NCBI GenBank assembly: GCA_030704615.1
Contig: CM060733.1
Span: 71,176,001-71,240,000, forward strand
DNA: 64,000 bases
Origin: Takakia lepidozioides
Taxonomy: Eukaryota; Plantae; Bryophyta
Direction of reading: 5' to 3'
The notes beneath the pieces were generated by a model that was not told where the DNA came from, did not search any database, and saw only the letters and a program-made list of their open reading frames with translations. The translations under genes and the position numbers were made by a program. This document shows positions 60,927 through 64,000 of the stretch, one piece after another (position 1 is the first letter of the stretch; each line of letters opens with the position of its first letter).

Positions 60927-62357
60927 ATGGAGAGTTTCGCTACACCATATCCAGTGATCTTCTATGATGGGGAACAAGAACACGACAAAGGTTTTGTTGG
61001 GGTGCATTCTGTGCTCTCATTCAAGCGCTTTCAGGCTTTGATGAGTCAGAAGACCGGGATCCCTGCCAACCAACTTTCAGCAGTATTTGTTTGCAGGAGG
61101 ACATTGAAGGATACAGAAAAGCGGCAGAAGCTCCCCATAAACGAGAATACCAACTTCAATATTATCTTGAACCAGCACAACCCAAGCAGGGAGCGAGACT
61201 GCCACTTTCTTGTGTCAATAAAAAAGTCCAAAAAGGAGCGAAAGGGCACAAGGAAACGGAGCGCAGAAGCAGAGAACGCAGAGGATGATGATTCTAATTC
61301 CTCAAGAGGTGATTTATCTCCGTCAGATGAACGGCCCAAGCCTGGGAGCGGTACAGAGGAGACGTTTTCGCCAGAGGCCACATCTCCACCTGTCTTCATG
61401 CAGCGGCCTTCGTCTCCATCTGTCACTCATTTAGCCAGTGCAAATGGACAGAGAGTTGGCAGCGGATCCCCCAATGGAAAGAGTCCCTCCGCAGCATCAG
61501 ACTGTAAAGGTGAAAGAACACTGTTGAGACGTGAGGGCATGGGACAGAATGGATTTGCTAGTCCAAGGGGAGGGTGGCAGAATGGAGGAGGGGGCCTGGG
61601 TCAACGAGTAGAAGGATTTAGCGTCCCCTGTGCCGGCAAGGTGGAGTCAACTCACAACATGGCTGCTGTGCAGCAGGAGGATAGGCATAAATTGGATTCC
61701 AAGCAATGGATGCAAGAGGGCTCAGATCTTGCTAGGCAATTGGAGAAAGCCAATGGCCAGGCAGCTGCTCAGCAGCCTCACCTGCAGCATCAAGTCCCTC
61801 TTGTAGATTTATTTCTCCAGGAGAGATTCAATGATGCAGTGCCACAGGGACCTGGTGGTGTGAGAACAGCACCTGGAGTCATAAGGAACGGGCTTGTGCC
61901 ATCTGGTGTTCCTCCCATGGTCCCACGCCTACCAACATATCCCACTACACCAATTGCAAGGCCCTCTATTGCCTCTTCTGCAGCTACTGCCAATGGAAAC
62001 TTTCTTCCAAGAGTTTCAATGGTTGGCCTTGCTGGAGTGGCAGGTCAGAGTGGGGGATTGATGCTGCAGCAGGCACAGGCGCACATCTCACATTTGCAGC
62101 AACTCCAACCCCCAGTAACCATGACCCCACTGGAGCTCTCAAAGCTGAGTGGGGTGCTGCGGGGGCTTGTTGCAAGGGATAATAGAACAGAGAGCCAGAA
62201 GATCTGTAAACTGTGCTGCTTCTGCCGAGAAAGGAATATTGGGCCACCCCCATTTCATGGCTGTGTGGATGACACTATTACCACGGGATTCAGGGGTCCT
62301 TCGCCAGCAGGGCCAATAGGGAGACCTGGCAAGCGGCATGTGGAAGCTGCTGCGTAG
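60927..62357 (+). CDS. Plant-specific uncharacterised protein, 476 aa (DUF7138 / EDA12-like family from memory)
   Basis: Intact ATG-TAG ORF. N-terminal YPVIFYDGEQE...VHSVLSFKRFQALMSQKTGIPANQLS and C-terminal CxxC...FHGCVDDTITTGFRGPSPAGPIGRP match a conserved land-plant family pattern. Confidence 0.85.
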   Translation: MESFATPYPVIFYDGEQEHDKGFVGVHSVLSFKRFQALMSQKTGIPANQLSAVFVCRRTLKDTEKRQKLPINENTNFNIILNQHNPSRERDCHFLVSIKKSKKERKGTRKRSAEAENAEDDDSNSSRGDLSPSDERPKPGSGTEETFSPEATSPPVFMQRPSSPSVTHLASANGQRVGSGSPNGKSPSAASDCKGERTLLRREGMGQNGFASPRGGWQNGGGGLGQRVEGFSVPCAGKVESTHNMAAVQQEDRHKLDSKQWMQEGSDLARQLEKANGQAAAQQPHLQHQVPLVDLFLQERFNDAVPQGPGGVRTAPGVIRNGLVPSGVPPMVPRLPTYPTTPIARPSIASSAATANGNFLPRVSMVGLAGVAGQSGGLMLQQAQAHISHLQQLQPPVTMTPLELSKLSGVLRGLVARDNRTESQKICKLCCFCRERNIGPPPFHGCVDDTITTGFRGPSPAGPIGRPGKRHVEAAA

Positions 62358-64000
62358 ATAGGAAAGGCAACTGTGAATATTTTGAGTGCATAGACAGTGC
62401 ACCCTGGGCTTCATTTAGAGTGTAAAGCGTTCGCGATAATGTCTGTGGGTGTGGTTTGATCTCTTCATGTTGGGCTTGTGAAGAACATTAGACAGTGCTG
62501 TAGGATATTCAACATAACTGGGAGACCAAAACTTTCAAAAAGGCATCCTTGCCACACTGTGTAACATGAACATGACGTATACGACTGGCTTCCCTCTGGT
62601 TGGGGCTTTCTCACAATTTTTCCAACCTCCCCTTTTTTCCAGTTGGTCCTTGAACCTTGATGTCTGGTTGAGGTTTGGTGACCCACTCTCAAGCCATCTA
62701 AATATCTTTTTTGTTTGTTGCTTGCTTTATCATGCATTCAGCTGGAGCATTTACTAGGTATATGCCCTACCTTTAACCTCATGACTGTCTTTCACTGCTG
62801 CAGCTCATGTGGGACACCTGTGGGCTGGGCCGGGATGGACTTTTGCAATGCCCAGTGTTAAGCATGTGACATTTTGAACTGTTTCCTGCCCTACTGTCTG
62901 TGTACACACTGTGTTCTGGTGCCAATGTCTAAAATAGTGCAGGGCTTGTGGTAATAGAAGACTGGATGGCATGTCATTTAAGGGGGTTTATTGGGTAAGG
63001 TCCCCCAAGAGTAGATTCTCGATCGTCAGGTTGGAATACATATGACTCACCAAGTGTCGGCCCTGGGCTGTATTTGTGGTCTCCGTTCTCACCAGCCAGT
63101 GGTAAATCTGTTGTGTTCCCTCAAGCTTGATGTGTTTTGTTGATTGCGGAGATTTAAAAAGTAATTGTAGAATACAACAGAAGGTTGGAACAATTTTGAC
63201 TTACTGCATTCCTGGTCAGAGTGCCTGGATTCTTATTTTGGAGCCTGATATTCTGGCATGGCATTGTGATTGCCAAATCTCTCCCAAAATTCTGTATGCC
63301 TTTACCACCATAGCCTTTTTAGATTCCAAATGCTCGGATACAGAGTACCTATAGTGTAAGTGCAAGGTGATGAGAAGAATTGGGTGTAAGACGAATTCCA
63401 GCTTACAACACTGGGTGTTCACCGATAAATTAGGTGGAGTGATTTTCACTGGATGTCAATCCTGTATGAAGATATTTGTCGATGAGATCATCTCTGAGAA
63501 TCTATCTTTCTTTGTAACATCAAATCATCCATACTTCCATTCCTTGACATAAACTACAGCTACAAGAGAAACTCGATTGGCACTGGGAGAACTAGCGCAC
63601 TTCGATACTGCCACACTCTGCCCCGGAGAACTTAGGGGCTCTTATCATAGCAAAGCCTTAATGCAGACATCCAATGTAAAAAGACTACAGAGATGTTGAC
63701 AGTAGTATGACAGGGAAAAGAGCTGAAGTCATGTAAGTACTTTCGCAATGGGAAATTGAATAGTGCCCAAGCTCCAAACTGACGGGTGGTCGAACGCACC
63801 TGTGTTTCTTTTACAGCTGCTCGAAATGGTGATACTTGACCGGAATGCGCCTGTCATAGTAATACTCGTGGGAAAGTTATATCATACAGCGGGCTTTGCT
63901 TATACCTCATCCCTCCCAGAACCCTTGGAATCCACCAATTTTTTGAGAAAATCCAGTCTTATTAGGGCCCTGCCCCACTTGCAGTTATCAGTTCCAGTTT

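Overview
Repeat-dense eukaryotic DNA, most likely from a non-seed land plant (spliceosomal introns, plant-type TEs, one plant host gene). 1-6118 is a Ty3/gypsy retroelement nested in the gag of a sister copy, followed by a 500-N gap (6119-6618). 6.6-52 kb is a cluster of five diverged copies or remnants (A-E) of one DNA-transposon family. The family plan is a Mutator-like (MULE) DDE/SWIM transposase head-to-head with a multi-exon, ~1,500-codon gene that fuses a ParB/Srx-like domain (DGNHR) to a beta-class N6A/N4C DNA-methyltransferase-like domain. Copy D (40426-52009) has both short imperfect TIRs and an 8-bp (up to 10-bp) TSD. Every copy carries internal (intergenic or intronic) arrays of palindromes with a shared CG-N4-CG core and subfamily-specific arms, spaced almost always at multiples of ~10.5 bp (53, 73-74, 84, 95-96, 116, 126). 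The best candidate for an undescribed system is therefore a TE-borne ParB-MTase plus phased, parS-like cognate-site arrays. All copies here carry lesions. 52-59.3 kb holds hAT remnants and a piggyBac-like MITE. 60927-62357 is an intact single-exon plant gene. Domain calls come from motif recognition by eye; no database searches were run.
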